A stretch of 64,000 bases of DNA from the NCBI GenBank assembly GCA_951406725.2, contig OX597837.1:38874001-38938000 (forward strand), given 5' to 3'. The position numbers and the translations under genes were made by a program. Shown here piece by piece: positions 12,438 through 24,752 of this stretch. Position 1 is the stretch's first letter. Each line of letters begins with the position of its first letter. Source of the stretch: Octopus vulgaris (lineage: Eukaryota). The notes beneath the pieces were generated by a model. It saw nothing but the letters and a program-made list of their open reading frames with translations, was not told the DNA's origin and did not search any database.

Positions 12438-12929
12438 ATAATCTGTACACACACAAACACACGCTCACACAAACACTATTGGTGCCCACACAATTTCTGT
12501 CTACCAAATTTTCTCACATTGGTTGGCCCATTCTGCCAAAATAAATGCTTTTTCATCCACATTGCCTTGAACTAATCAGGCATTATCTTGTAGCTATGAG
12601 ATTTTGATGAGGTAGCTGTTAATTTTTAAAATGATATTGTAGGATCGGTGTGAGAGACCAGATCTGGCCATTTTGAACATAAAACAGGCAGAATACTTTT
12701 GGCCGGATATGGCCAGTTTAAATGCTAAAGAGTTAAGATGCCATGGAGTGGAACTGAACCGAGAACCATGCGATTGCTAAGCTAGATTCTTAACCACACA
12801 ACCCCCAAAAATAGAGTAAAAGAAAAAAAGAAAACAAGCAAACAAAATAGAAACGAAAAAAATAAAACATATAACTGCATTTATTTATCTATTTGTTTTT
12901 TTAATTTTGTTTTTTCTGTTTCTTTCCAG

Positions 12930-12973
12930 GTCAGAATATTCCATTTTCGAAAGAGAATCTCTACAGACCTTGA
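12930..12973 (+). CDS. Gene A terminal coding exon (phase 1): GQNIPFSKENLYRP*
   Basis: Strong polypyrimidine tract plus ttccAG acceptor in unique sequence; the phase-1 reading continues the CARD exon; the same tract is the last bases of the window for gene B. Confidence 0.65.
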
Positions 12974-13352
12974 GTCCGAAGTGGTCAAGAAGGCCAGACG
13001 ATATCAATTAAGGTCCTCAAAAAAGCTGAGTACTTAATGTGATGGTGACACGGGTGGCAATGCTGGAGCATCGCTATAACAGGGTTTTAATCAAACTAAT
13101 CAAATTTACTCCATTATATTCTTTTATTTGCTTCTGTAATTTAACTGTGGCCATGCTAGAGCACCCCTTTAGTAGAACAAATCAACTCCAGGGCTTATTC
13201 TTTGTAAGCTTAGTATCTCTTCTATCAGTCTCTTTTGCTGGACTGCTAAGTTATAGAAATGTAAACACACCAACATCGGTTGTCGAGTGATGGTGGGAGA
13301 ACAAACACAGACACACAAACATATATATATATATATATACACATATATATAT

Positions 13353-13421
<69 letters not shown>

Positions 13422-13705
13422 CAACAATTGAGGGTAAAATTAATTAATTATTAATCAATTTCACCAAGTGTTCAGTATGCAAAGGGACCATTTAAGGCGA
13501 ATTCAAATTATTACATTATATAAAAGGGCTTAGTAAAATAAATTACTTTGCCGCATACTGAACTCATTAGAAATAGCAGCTAAAAAACTTTTTTAAAGCT
13601 ATTTCTAATACTTAAAGAAAATCTCTCTCATATATAGTGTTTGCTTAATTCAACTCACAAAAGTTTGGGGGTAAGGACATTAAAAAATCAAATGCTAAGG
13701 TTATT

Positions 13706-13757
13706 TGAGAACGTACGTTTCAAGATTAGTCAAAACAACACTTCTATCTTCAGCTCA
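13706..13757 (-). ncRNA. Minimal type I hammerhead ribozyme motif
   Basis: Minus strand: tgag-CTGAAGA-[imperfect stem II]-GAAA-cgtacg-TT-ctca; stem I TGAG/CTCA; palindromic stem III. Confidence 0.6.
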
Positions 13758-14250
13758 GAAACTCCTTGGTTTGGATTTGGAAACACTGAAAGTAAGAACA
13801 TACCCTTTCGAAGATCCGCTCGTAACTAACAGTGCCAACAAACCCAAATAAGCAAATGAAGAATTTCTGTTCTCCCCTTTCCACCAGCGTGGGTTAAAAT
13901 CATCAAACGCTATGCTTATTTCGGTAAAATCCGAAGCATTAATTAGAGGGAGATTAATTATAATTTCAACAATTGAGGGTAAAATTAATTAATTATTAAT
14001 CAATTTCACCAAGTGTTCAGTATGCAAAGGGACCATTTAAGGCGAATTCAAATTATTACATTATATAAAAGGGCTTAGTAAAATAAATTACTTTGCCGCA
14101 TACTGAACTCATTAGAAATAGCAGCTAAAAAACTTTTTTAAAACTATTTCTAATACTTAAAGAAAATCTCTCTCATATATAGTGTTTGCTTAATTCAACT
14201 CACAAAAGTTTGGGGGTAAGGACATTAAAAAATCAAATGCTAAGGTTATT

Positions 14251-14302
14251 TGAGAACGTACGTTTCAAGATTAGTCAAAACAACACTTCTATCTTCAGCT
14301 CA
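14251..14302 (-). ncRNA. Second copy of the minimal type I hammerhead motif
   Basis: Same as 13706-13757, in the second 545-bp unit. Confidence 0.6.
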
Positions 14303-14639
14303 GAAACTCCTTGGTTTGGATTTGGAAACACTGAAAGTAAGAACATACCCTTTCGAAGATCTGCTCGTAACTAACAGTGCCAACAAACCCAAATAAGCAA
14401 GTGAAGAATTTCTGTTCTCCCCTTTCCACCAGCGTGGGTTAAAATCATCAAACGCTATGCTTATTTCGGTAAAATCCGAAGCATTAATTAGAGGGAGATT
14501 AATTATAATTTCAACAATTGAGGGTAAAATTAATTAATTATTAATCAATTTCACCAAGTGTTCAGTATGCAAAGGGACCATTTAAGGCGAATTCAAATTA
14601 TTACATTATATAAAAGGGCTTAGTAATTAGAATTAGCAA

Positions 14640-15437
14640 TAAAGCTTAGTTCAAACTTGGAGAGGTTCCTAAACTTGGAAAATTGGTGCCTTGTGAATTG
14701 TCTGAAAGCAACTGCAAATCCCGAGTTGACATCTGCTCTTCTCTCCATTCTCGCGAACTCATTTCACTCTTTTTGGATAGTCTTGTGACTGGTGATGAAA
14801 AATGGATCTTCTGTCGAAATGTTAAACGTCGTAAACAGTGGCTTGGTAAAAGGGAAAAGGCTCAACCACAACCGAGAAGGGAATTTCATGGGAAAAAGGT
14901 TCTCTCTATGTGGTGGGATTGCAAAGGAGTAATTCACTTTGAATTGTTACCACCTAATGCAATAATCAATGCTCAAGTCTACTGTCAGCAATTAGAGTGT
15001 TTGAACCAAGCTTTGAAGAAAAAAAAACCTGCTTTAGTAAATCGAAAAGGAGTGATGTTTAATCAGGACAATGCGTGACCCCACACTGCAAAGATCACAT
15101 CACAGAAGATCGAAGACTTTGGTTGGGAAAAAAGTCCTCATCCACCTTATTCTCCTGACATTGCTCCTTCAGACTACCATTTGTTTTGTAGTTTATAGAA
15201 TCATTTGGGGGACATAACTTTCGTAAGCCAGGAGGAGGTCGAAACTGACATTTCAGAGTTCTTCGCTTTGAAACCAAAAGAGTCTTACATTGATGGGATT
15301 AAAAAGCTTGTAAATAGATGGAAGGAAGTGATAGATAATCAGGGAAAGTACATTGATGGTTAAATTTCAATTAAATATAACATTTGATCACTTGTTTTCT
15401 TTATTCAAAATTCGGAGAGAACTTATGGGATGACCTG
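14640..15437 (+). mobile_element. Mariner-type (Tc1/mariner) transposase pseudogene, 5'-truncated
   Basis: LVPCEL (WVPHEL-like), LVTGDEKW, QDNA*PH, HPPYSPDIAPSDYHLF motifs with in-frame stops. Confidence 0.9.
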
Positions 15438-15747
15438 AAAGATAATCCTGCAAAATGACATTTAATTAGATTAAATATATTCAAATATATATAATTGTTA
15501 CTTGATGCCATTAGACATTCTAAAACACTGTTAAAACATTTACAAATTGAAAATATAGAAGTTCAGACATTACATATGGGATGGCCTGGTATTTTTTTTT
15601 TTCAATTTACTTCTTTCACCTTCTTTTATTCTTGTAACCTGTTCATGCAATGTCTCCCCCTTGTCTGCCCTTCTGACAAATAAAAGAAATTTCTTCTATT
15701 GTTTTTTTGTGGTTTTTGATTACCTTGCACACATGTTTACTGAGCTC

Positions 15748-16166
15748 GGATCTTTTCGGTTTGAACGGAAGGTTTTAACATAATTTCTAGGTAACTAAAA
15801 ATTTTAAACTTCGTATACTGGTAGAATGTGTTTATAAAACACCTTTTTCTCTTGGCTTTATCGAGAAAATTCTATAGTTTGTAAGATATTTGTTGTTTTT
15901 TTCTTCAGTTTCTGCAATTTCAACCAATCACTGACGTCCATTGAGGTAAAAAACATTCTGTGCCATATGGATATGTCCCTCGTTTAAGAAACAGATTGAG
16001 TTTATTTACATTTGTGAAGAAAAAAAGATACTCTTCCCCCCACCCCTAACCAACCCTAACCCTAAAACAGATTGAAATGCAATAGATCGATACTAGGGTC
16101 ATAATTATGGGTGACAATTTCATATGACACCGCTAGAAAAAACTGCCGTTCAAACCAAAAAGATCC
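15748..16166. mobile_element. MITE with GGATC-starting TIRs and 8-bp TSD (Merlin-like, inference)
   Basis: TIRs GGATCTTTTCGGTTTGAACGG / CCGTTCAAACCAAAAAGATCC; TSD CTGAGCTC on both sides; internal CCCTAA repeats. Confidence 0.85.
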
Positions 16167-16174
16167 CTGAGCTC

Positions 16175-16620
16175 TGCATACCCCGGGAAAGATATGCAGT
16201 AACATATATCTGGAAGATCCTGGAAGGAATTGTGCCAAATTTTGGGATTGAAAGCTACACCAATGCCACAACGGCTCGACACTGCATAGTGCCAAAGGTC
16301 CCAGCAATGCCATCACGCTTCAGGACCAGTTACTGCAACATCCTGGGTTTCAAGGGCCCACAGCTTTTTAATATTCTCCCAAAGAGTCTGAGGAACTTGC
16401 ACAAAATAGATGTAGGGGTTTTTAAATCAAAGCTGGACATCTTCCTGTCGAGAGTCCCAGATGAACCTACCTCATGGCAAGAGGTGCAAATGAGAGTAGC
16501 TATATCAAACTCCATGCTTCACCAAATGCCACCTGTTAGAGGAGGCTCTTAGTATAATAACAGTGCAGCAAAATGGCGGTGCACCAGCATGACCACAGCT
16601 CTGAGCTGAAACTAGTGAGA
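16175..16620 (+). mobile_element. CR1-like LINE 3' fragment, related to 53205-56760
   Basis: RERYAVTYIWKILEG..GPQLFNILP..LDIFLSRVPDEP resembles the C-terminus of ORF 55754-56671. Confidence 0.85.
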
Positions 16621-17059
16621 AAAAGAGAAAAAAATTTAATTTAATTTTTTTTTATTTGATGGTTTAAAAAATTAAAAAAGAATTTTTTTAGTTGTGTTTG
16701 TATTGTTAAGGAGCTTGCTTTGCAAACTTATGATTTCAAGTTCAAACCCACTGAGCAGCACCTTGAGCAAGTGTCTTCTAATATAGTTCTGGGTGAGTGA
16801 ACTTTGGACAGAAACTGTGAGGAATCCTGATGTGTGCAAAGCAAGAAAATGTGTTTCTTCATTACATGGCCATTCATAAAAAACTCAGGTGATATTACAC
16901 CTGGTGACATGAGGTAAAAGGAACTTACAGGTTGTGGTGCTCTGGTTGACTTCAAGCCAAAACTCCAGCTTGGACTGTAACTAGAAAAACCTGGGATGTT
17001 TATACCTGCCCAGCAAAGATGGGCAACTGGTAAATGTTTCAATCAAGCAGGTATGTATT

Positions 17060-17215
17060 TAATAGAGTAAAAGAATAAAAGAACGATAGAGTAGAAGGAT
17101 AACAGAATGATAGAATAAAAGAATAATAAGAGTAAAAGGATAACAATGCTAGAATAAAAGAATAGTAGAGTAAAAGGATAACAGAATGATAGAATAAAAG
17201 AGTAAAAGGATAAAC
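17060..17215. repeat. Purine-rich low-complexity repeat (AGAATAAAAG/AGTAAAAG-like)
   Basis: Direct reading. Confidence 0.7.
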
Positions 17216-17573
17216 ACAAAAAACTGGTATCGGGTGAGGTGACATGTATTTAAGCATGAGGGTTGAGTACAGGAGTACAGATCACAAGAGGACAATAAAA
17301 GATCAGCTGAAGACCATTCAGAATGTTCAGTGGCATGTAAAGAGTGCCGTTCAAGTGTGGTTGGTGCCAGTGCCGCCTGACTGGCACGTAAAAACTACCC
17401 ACTATACTTTCGGGATGGTTGAAGTTAGGAAGGGCATCCAGCTTTTCAAAAATCGATCCTGTCTGTTAAGAAAAAATCGATGCAGTTCCGATAAAGGACT
17501 GAATCAACGCTTATTGAAAAGATTGCAAAGACGGAACGAAAATTTTTGTAAAAATAAATGAGTGAAAATCAGA

Positions 17574-18653
17574 CCTATTTCTTTATTGCCCACAGGGGGC
17601 TAAACACAGAGAGGACAGACAAGCGGATTAAGTCGATTACATCGACCCCAGTGCGTAACTGGTACTTAATTTATCGACCCCGAAAGGATTAAAGGCAAAG
17701 TCGACCTTGGCGGAATTTGAACTAAAGAACGTAAAGACAGATAAAATACCTATTTCTTTACTACCCAGAGGGGGCAGACAAGAGGATTAAGTCGATTACA
17801 TCGACTCCAGTGCGTAACTGGTACTTAATTTATCGACCCCGAAAGGATTAAAGGCAAAGTCGACCTCGGCGGAATTTGAACTCAGAACGTAAAGACAGAC
17901 GAAATACCTATTTCTTTATTGCCCGCAAGGGGCTAAACACAGAGAGGACAGACAAGCGGATTAAGTCGATTACATCGACCCCAGTGCGTAACTGGTACTT
18001 AATTTATCGATCCCGAAAGGATTAAAGGCAAAGTCGACCTCGGCGGAATTTGAACTCAGAACGTAAAGACAGACGAAATACCTATTTCTTTATTGCCCAC
18101 AAGGGGCTAAACACAGAGAGGACAGACAAGCGGATTAAGTCGATTACATCGACCCCAGTGCGTAACTGGTACTTAATTTATCGATCCCGAAAGGATTAAA
18201 GGCAAAGTCGACCTCGGCGGAATTTGAACTCAGAACGTAAAGACAGACGAAATACCTATTTCTTTATTGCCCACAAGGGGCTAAACACAGAGAGGACAGA
18301 CAAGCGGATTAAGTCGATTACATCGACCCCAGTGCGTAACTGGTACTTAATTTATCGACCCCGAAAGGATTAAAGGCAAAGTCGACCTCGGCGGAATTTG
18401 AACTCAGAACGTAAAGACAGACGAAATACCTATTTCTTTATTGCCCACAAGGGGCTAAACACAGAGAGGACAGACAAGCGGATTAAGTCGATTACATCGA
18501 CCCCAGTTCGTAACTGGTACTTAATTTATCGACCCCGAAAGGATTAAAGGCAAAGTCGACCTCGGCGGAATTTGAACTCAGAACGTAACGGCAGACGAAA
18601 TACGGCTACGTATTTCGCCCGGTGTGCTAACGTTTCTGCCAGCCCCTCGCCGC
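17574..18653 (-). repeat. Tandem array of ~6 SINE family-1 bodies, 174-bp period, with one tRNA head
   Basis: TACCTATTTC recurs at 17905, 18079, 18253 and 18427; the head sequence occurs only at ~18600-18653. Confidence 0.9.
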
Positions 18654-18844
18654 CTGAAAACCAAACCAGTGACATAGTTGAATTGTTTATTGTATTGAGA
18701 CTTAATTGCCGCCATACTTTCCCGTAATTTTTTATTTATTCATGCCTTTCATTACGAGGACCCTTTTGCAGCAACAGACACAGAAAACCATGCAGTCATA
18801 CGTGCTATGATTGGGGGGAAAAAAAGAAGAAATTTCTTTCTCTC

Positions 18845-19461
18845 TTTTACTTGTTTCAGTCATTTGACTGCGGCCATGCTGGAGCACCGCTTTCAGTCGA
18901 GCAGATTGACCCCAGGACTTATTCTTTGTAAGACTAGTACTTATTCTACCGGTCTCTGGATGTGTAATGTCAGTGTCCATGCATGACAGTGTAAGCGCCC
19001 TGAGAGAAATGCTGGACATAAGAAGCATTGGATGTGATGTGCAAGAGAGACGTTTGCACTGGTTTGGTCATATACTGCGGATGGATGAGGAGAGATGTGT
19101 GAAGAAGTGCCACTCCCAAACAGTTGAAGGTATCCAGGAGAGAGGTAGACCCAGGAAGACATGGGATGAAGTGATCAAGCATGACCTTCGAACATTGGGT
19201 AAACACACCAGCATCGGTTGTCAAGTGATGTTAGGGGGACAAACAGAAACACACAAACATATACACACACATACATATATACATATATACAGATATACGA
19301 CAGGCTTCTTTCAGTTTCCGTCTACCAAATCCACTCACAAGGCTTTGGTCGGCCCGAGGCTATAGTAGAAGACACTTGCCCAAGGTGCCACGCAGTGGGA
19401 CTGAACCCCGGAACCATGTGGTTGGTAAGCAAGCTACTTACCACACAGCCACTCCTGCGCC
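18845..19461 (-). mobile_element. SINE family 2 interrupted by a + strand RTE RT fragment (~18957-19198)
   Basis: SINE tail at 18845 and head at 19461; the insert encodes RRLHWFGHILR..RGRPRKTW. Confidence 0.8.
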
Positions 19462-19859
19462 TTTGAAATGCTTCTTTTGAGGTAAGATTCCAGCAACGGG
19501 GAAGCCTTTGTGAGATTGTTTATTTTGCTAGATATAGCAGCCAAAGACACTACCGTGTCTCATTATATTAAATAGATGCCCAGATTGATTATATGTGTGT
19601 CTGTGCGACTGTATTCGAGTGTGTGTATGTGGTGGAGTAGCAAACGAAGCCATAATAACGAAATTATGAAAAGCATTCAAATATGAAGAAACCGTATTCC
19701 TAAAACAGTGCAAAACACCGCTAGAAATAAGAGGAAAATATCTAAACGTTTACACAACGTTGACAATACATGGGAGACAACTCTTATAAAGCTTTTTATA
19801 TAAGTTATCTATAAGTCTATAGCTTTAAAAAATTTTTTCTCCGTTTTCTCTTTAAAATT

Positions 19860-21043
19860 TACTGCTTCAAACGCTTCCGGTTTCGAAAAGAGTCGGGTCA
19901 CGTGGAGGACTTTAGGAGGTCGTTTGCTTTGCTAGTTATAGCAGCAAAATATCCCTCAGAGAATACCTGGTATCAATTAAATGCAAGGAATATACGATTA
20001 ATGGGCGGAATTCTGCCTTCAACACCGCAAATAAGGCTACGAAAGTGAAAAGATCCGGTATTTCGTCTGCCGCTACGTTCTGAGTTCAAATTCCGCCGAG
20101 GTCGACTTTGCCTTTCACCCTTTCGGGGTCGATTAAATAAGTACCAGTAACGCACTGGGGGTCGATATAATCGACTTAATCCCTTTGTCTGTCCTTGTTT
20201 GTCCTCTGTGTTTAGCCCCTTGTGGGTAGTAAAGAAATAGGTATTTCGTCTGCCGCTACGTTCTGAGTTCAATTTCCGCCGAGGTCGACTTTGCCTTTCA
20301 TTCTTTCGGGATCGATAAATTAATAACCAGTTACGCACTGGTGCCGATATAATCGACTTAATCCGTTTGACCTCTCTGTGTTTAGCCCCTTGTGGGCGAC
20401 CTCGGCGGAATTTGAACTCAGAACGTAACGGCAGACGAAATACCTATTTCTACTTCTTTATTACCAACAAGGGGCTAAACACAGAGGGGACAAACAAGGA
20501 CAGACATAGGTATTAAGTCGATTACATCGACCCCAGTGCGTAACTGGTACTTAATTTATCGACCCCGAAAGGATGAAAAGCAAAGTCGACCTCGGCGGAA
20601 TTTGAACCCACAACGTAACGGTAGACGAAATACCTATTTCTTTACTACCCACAAGGGGCTAAACACAGAGGGGACAAACAAGGACATACATAGGTATTAA
20701 GTGGATTACATCGACCCCAGTGCGTAACTGGTACTTAATTTATCGACCTTGAAAGGATGAAAGGCAAAGTCGACCTCGGCGGAATTTGAACTCACTACGT
20801 AACGGCAGACGAAATACCGCTAAGCATTTCGCCCGGCGTGCTAACGTTTCTGCCATCGCTGGCATCGATGTAATTGACTATACCCCCCTCCCCACCCACC
20901 TACGCAATCTTCGGTCCTTTTGCCTTTAGTTGATTGGATAATTACTATAACTCTTTTGTAAAAGAAAAATATGAAAGTAACTGCAGTGGAAAATTTAAAA
21001 CCGTCTTTCGCCGAATCGTGAATCAGGAAGTTTTGCAGATTAG
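19860..21043 (+). promoter_or_regulatory. Candidate promoter and non-coding first exon of gene B (donor AG|GTAATG at 21043/21044)
   Basis: Unique, CpG-containing sequence with CTTCCGG (ETS-like), CACGTG, GGGCGG and GAAAGTGAAA (IRF-like); the ATG exon at 24096 has an upstream acceptor and in-frame stops, which implies an upstream UTR exon. Confidence 0.35.
20057..20855. repeat. Inverted pair of SINE family-1 tandem arrays
   Basis: Two + units (20057-20397) are followed directly by - units (20397-20855). Confidence 0.85.
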
Positions 21044-21724
21044 GTAATGTTAATGGTTATTTATATTTGCATTTTATAACTGCTACTTTTAGCGATCCTT
21101 TGAAAAATGAGAGTTTAAGTGTAAGGCGACCACATCGTAGGCTATCTTTTTTATTTCCTGTAGGCTAACATGTTTATCCGGCATCGGTTCCCAACAGGGT
21201 CCCATGTAAAACCCTTGCTATTAAGATTTGTGCATAAGAATTATACTTCTATAATACACAAAATATTCGGCGAACTTCTAGCAATTTTTTTAAAAATACA
21301 ATTCCTAATAATATTTAATTACACAGCCGGTGCTACTTGAGAACAATGGTCACGGTGCGCGCACTCACGCATCCGCGCAAGCTAATCATAATTAGTCGAT
21401 CTTTACTTTGTGTTTTTTGTGTGTTAAATAAATAACATACACACTACGTCCGTCCCCCCGTGTGTATAATGAAATATATATTTAAAATATATATTTGCAA
21501 CAGATATCTCTTAGATCCTGTAGATTGAGTGTATTCACAGGTTTGTTTCAAAAACTAAAACTTTTTTCAAGGTTCAGTGAAAGGAATATCGGAAAATTTC
21601 ACACGATCTGACTTTTTTTCCCTCCATAACTTTCAGGGGAAATGGGTATACTTTTTGTAAAGGATCGAGAAGGGGGAAGGAATTTCGGATCAGACGGCCC
21701 ACATAAGTTGGAAATTGGGGCAAT

Positions 21725-22527
21725 TTGGCGATCCTTTGTTTTAACTCGAAATAATGTAATCACTGAATCGGTCATTTCCGTGACCACATGTCTTGTCAAT
21801 TTGGAATAGAAAGCTAAATGGGTTGTGCGTGCTTGTTCCTGTGTGTGTGTGTGTGTGTGTGCGAGCGCGTGCTTGTTCCTCTGTGTATGTGTGTGTGTGC
21901 GAGCGCTTGCTTGTTCTGTGTATATACTCTTTACTCTTTACTTGTTTCAGTCATTTGACTGCGGCCATGCTGGAGCACCGCCTTTAGTCGAAGAAATCGA
22001 CCCCCAGGACTTATTCTTTGTAAGCCTAGTACTTGTTCTATCGGTCTCTTTTGCCGAACCGCTAAGTTACGGGGACGTAAACACACCAGCATCGGTTGTC
22101 AAGCGATGCTAGGGGGACAAACACATGCACACACACACACATATATACATATATACGATGGGCTTCTTTCAGTTTCCGTCTACCATATCCACTCACAAGG
22201 CTTTGGTTGGCCCAGGGCTATAGTAGCAGACACTTGACCAAGGTTCCACGCAGTGGGACTGAACCCGGAACCATGTGGTTGGTAAGCAAGCTACTTACCA
22301 CACAGCCACTCCTGCGCCTATATGTGTGTCTGTTCTGTTCTTTTTTTTTTTGTATTTGTTGTGGAATGTTGAAATAACACACAGGAACAAACACACACAC
22401 ACACACACGAACAAGCACGATCGCACAATCCATTAGCTTTCTCTTCCAAATTGACAAGACAACATGTGGTCACGGAAATGACCGATTCAGTGTTTACATT
22501 ATTTCGAGTTAAAACGAAAGATTGCCT
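21725..22527. mobile_element. Foldback/MITE-like inverted repeat (~130-bp arms) with a SINE family-2 copy (-, ~21925-22320) inside
   Basis: TTTTAACTCGAAATAATGTAA..CGGTCATTTCCGTGACCACATG is mirrored at ~22440-22520. Confidence 0.75.
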
Positions 22528-23454
22528 ATTTTTAGAGGAAAATGTGTGATGTAAGGGAGATCTGGCTGTTGTTTCTAGCACATCACAAGATCTCCCTCCT
22601 TGTTTCTTTCTCACTCTCACTCCTATTGATGTTTTTCAATATCTTTCGGAAAGACTTCCTTCCCCCACACCATTTTCTCGCAAATTATTCTTTAAAAAAA
22701 TTTTTTATGTCAAAACCCCATGTTTTTGGATAGGGAGATTCCAGAAAATTGCCAAAAATCGGAATTTTGAAATTTTTTGCCCCCACCCCTTCTCCTCAAT
22801 TTCTTCATATTTCACTTTTTTCCATCACCCTAACTCTAAAACCCAACCCTAACCCTAACCTATCCCTAAAACCCCAACCCTATCTCAAAAACCCTAACCC
22901 TAGCTGTAATTAGAAAAATTTTTGTAAATTTTTTCAGAATCGTAATCTCTGTATTTTTCTGCATATTTTGACAAAACAAAAATTTGTGAAATAAAAATTT
23001 ACAAAAATTTTTGGGAATTTTTTCCAGGAAAAAAAAATTTCTGAAAAAGTTAAAAATGAAGAACGGATGGGGTGTAATTTCAAAATCCCGATTTTTGCCA
23101 ATTTTTTTGCAGATTCGTATTCTCCCTAGTCGAAAATGGGGGTTTGTGTAGAACAAAAGAAATTAAATAAAAAAAGAAAAGGGGTGTTATTGGGGGTGTA
23201 CAAAAGGACATCTTGTCTAGTTTTCTTCCCATGAACACATTTTATGGAATGATGATGCCAAAGTAACACATGCATTTAAATGGTAATTTAAATTTTTACT
23301 CTCACTTCCAACCAAATGAGTCCTTGTATTTGTAAGAAAAAAACATTTTCTAACAGAAAATTGTTATCAAAATAAATCATGTGTTACTTACCTCTTTTTA
23401 AAAACACTCTGGATATAACCTAATCAAGCTCTTCAATATTTTAGAATTATATTA

Positions 23455-23860
23455 GGCGCAGGAGTGGCTTTGTGGTAAGTAGCTTGCTTACCAACCTCAT
23501 GGTTCTGGGTTCAGTCCCACTGTGTGGCACATTGGGCAAGTGTCTTCTACTATAGCCCCGGGCCGACCAAAGCCTTCTGAGTGAATTTGGTAGACGGAAA
23601 CTGAAAGAAGCCTGTCGTATATATATGTATATATATGTGTGTGTGTATGTTTGTGTGTCTTTGTTTGTCCCCCCCCAAACATCGTTTGACAACCGATGCT
23701 GGTGTGTTTGCGTCCCCGTAACTTAGCGGTTCAGCAAAAGTGACTGATAGAATAAGTACTAGGCTTACAAAGAATAAGTCCTGGGGGTTGATTTGCTCGA
23801 CTAAAGGTGGTGCTCCAGCATGGCCACAGTCAAATGACTGAAACAAGTAAAAGAGTAAAG
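23455..23860 (+). mobile_element. tRNA-derived SINE family 2 (other copies ~44631-45050 and ~56791-57200)
   Basis: GGCGCAGGAGTGGCT..GGTTCAGTCCC head, internal (TA/TG)n, tail CAAATGACTGAAACAAGTAAAAGAG. Confidence 0.85.
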
Positions 23861-24095
23861 AAACAAGTGGGGGAAGGAGTGGGGCTAAAAAAAATCATAA
23901 ATTTTCAAATTTTTTTATAGTATGTGTTTTTATGTATGCGTTGAATTATGTATCCTCACCACTGGGCCAATCTTCTATTCATTCCCCACCCTTTTCACAA
24001 TATTTATTTATTTGTTTTGGTTATCTTTCAAATACCCAGAATCTACAACCTTTTGAGAAATTCTGTCATTGCTGGTAGTGATAGAATAGAAAGAA

Positions 24096-24621
24096 ATGGA
24101 ATCTAAGAGAAAGAAAGATCTCTCGCAATCGCAGAAAAACAAGGAATTTTATGTATGTAAAAGTAGAAATGTAACGAGCATTCCTGAGCAAGGGAACTTT
24201 TCAACAGGCATCCATAATGCTTTGCCGAGTACATCAGGCACTTTACAGGTCACCGAGGAACTTCACGATGCGAGCAATTCACAGCTGAGGCCATATGTTG
24301 ATGACTCATCAGATGATGATATAGAGATAATGAGTCCAGAAAACAAGAGGCGCCTGAATGACTGTTCTGTGAAATTGGTGGAAAATATGATTCCTGATGA
24401 AGTGCTCAATTTTTTATTGGCAAAGAAAGTATTAACAAACTATGAGATGGACACAGTTAAAAGTAAGGGAATCCGTATGGCTATGAATGAAATGCTCATT
24501 TCTTTGGTGACCTGCAAGCCAGATAAAGCATTTAGTGTACTTGTAGAGGCCCTGAAGAGATCTGGGCAAAAGCATTTGGCCAAGTTACTGACATCTACCG
24601 AGTATCGAAAACGGAAACCAG
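24096..24621 (+). CDS. Gene B first coding exon: N-terminal linker + CARD1
   Basis: ATG preceded by in-frame stops (24054, 24087) and a cccAG acceptor at 24039; divergent CARD ENKRRLNDCSVKLVENMIPDEVLNFLLAKKVLT..KPDKAFSVLVEALKRSGQKHLAKLL; same KRKP-G|GTAATT phase-1 donor as the other CARD exons. Confidence 0.85.
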
Positions 24622-24720
24622 GTAATTTCTTCACATACAAATACAGACACACTCTTTCTTTCATAAACACTCCACAACACTTCCCCTTACAAACATACAC
24701 TCTGTCTTTTTTACACATGC

Positions 24721-24752
<32 letters not shown>

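Larger units (their letters stand above)
7020..12927 (+). repeat. Segmental duplication, paralog of ~57777-64000
   Basis: Near-identical sequence and ORF pairs (8565/59448, 11055/62110, 12075/63141); offset about 50.8-51.1 kb. Confidence 0.95.
13416..14625 (-). repeat. 545-bp tandem repeat (~2.2 copies) of a Penelope-like terminal sequence
   Basis: Identical ORFs at 13641 and 14186 (offset 545); follows a (TA)n tract; each unit carries a hammerhead motif. Confidence 0.8.

Noticed and set aside
17574-18653. CRISPR-like regular array
   Set aside because: Units are whole 174-bp SINE bodies with no unique spacers, there are no cas genes, and the context is eukaryotic.
22825-22905. Telomeric (CCCTAA)n
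   Set aside because: Short degenerate runs inside repeat elements (also ~16045 and ~46520), not a chromosome end.
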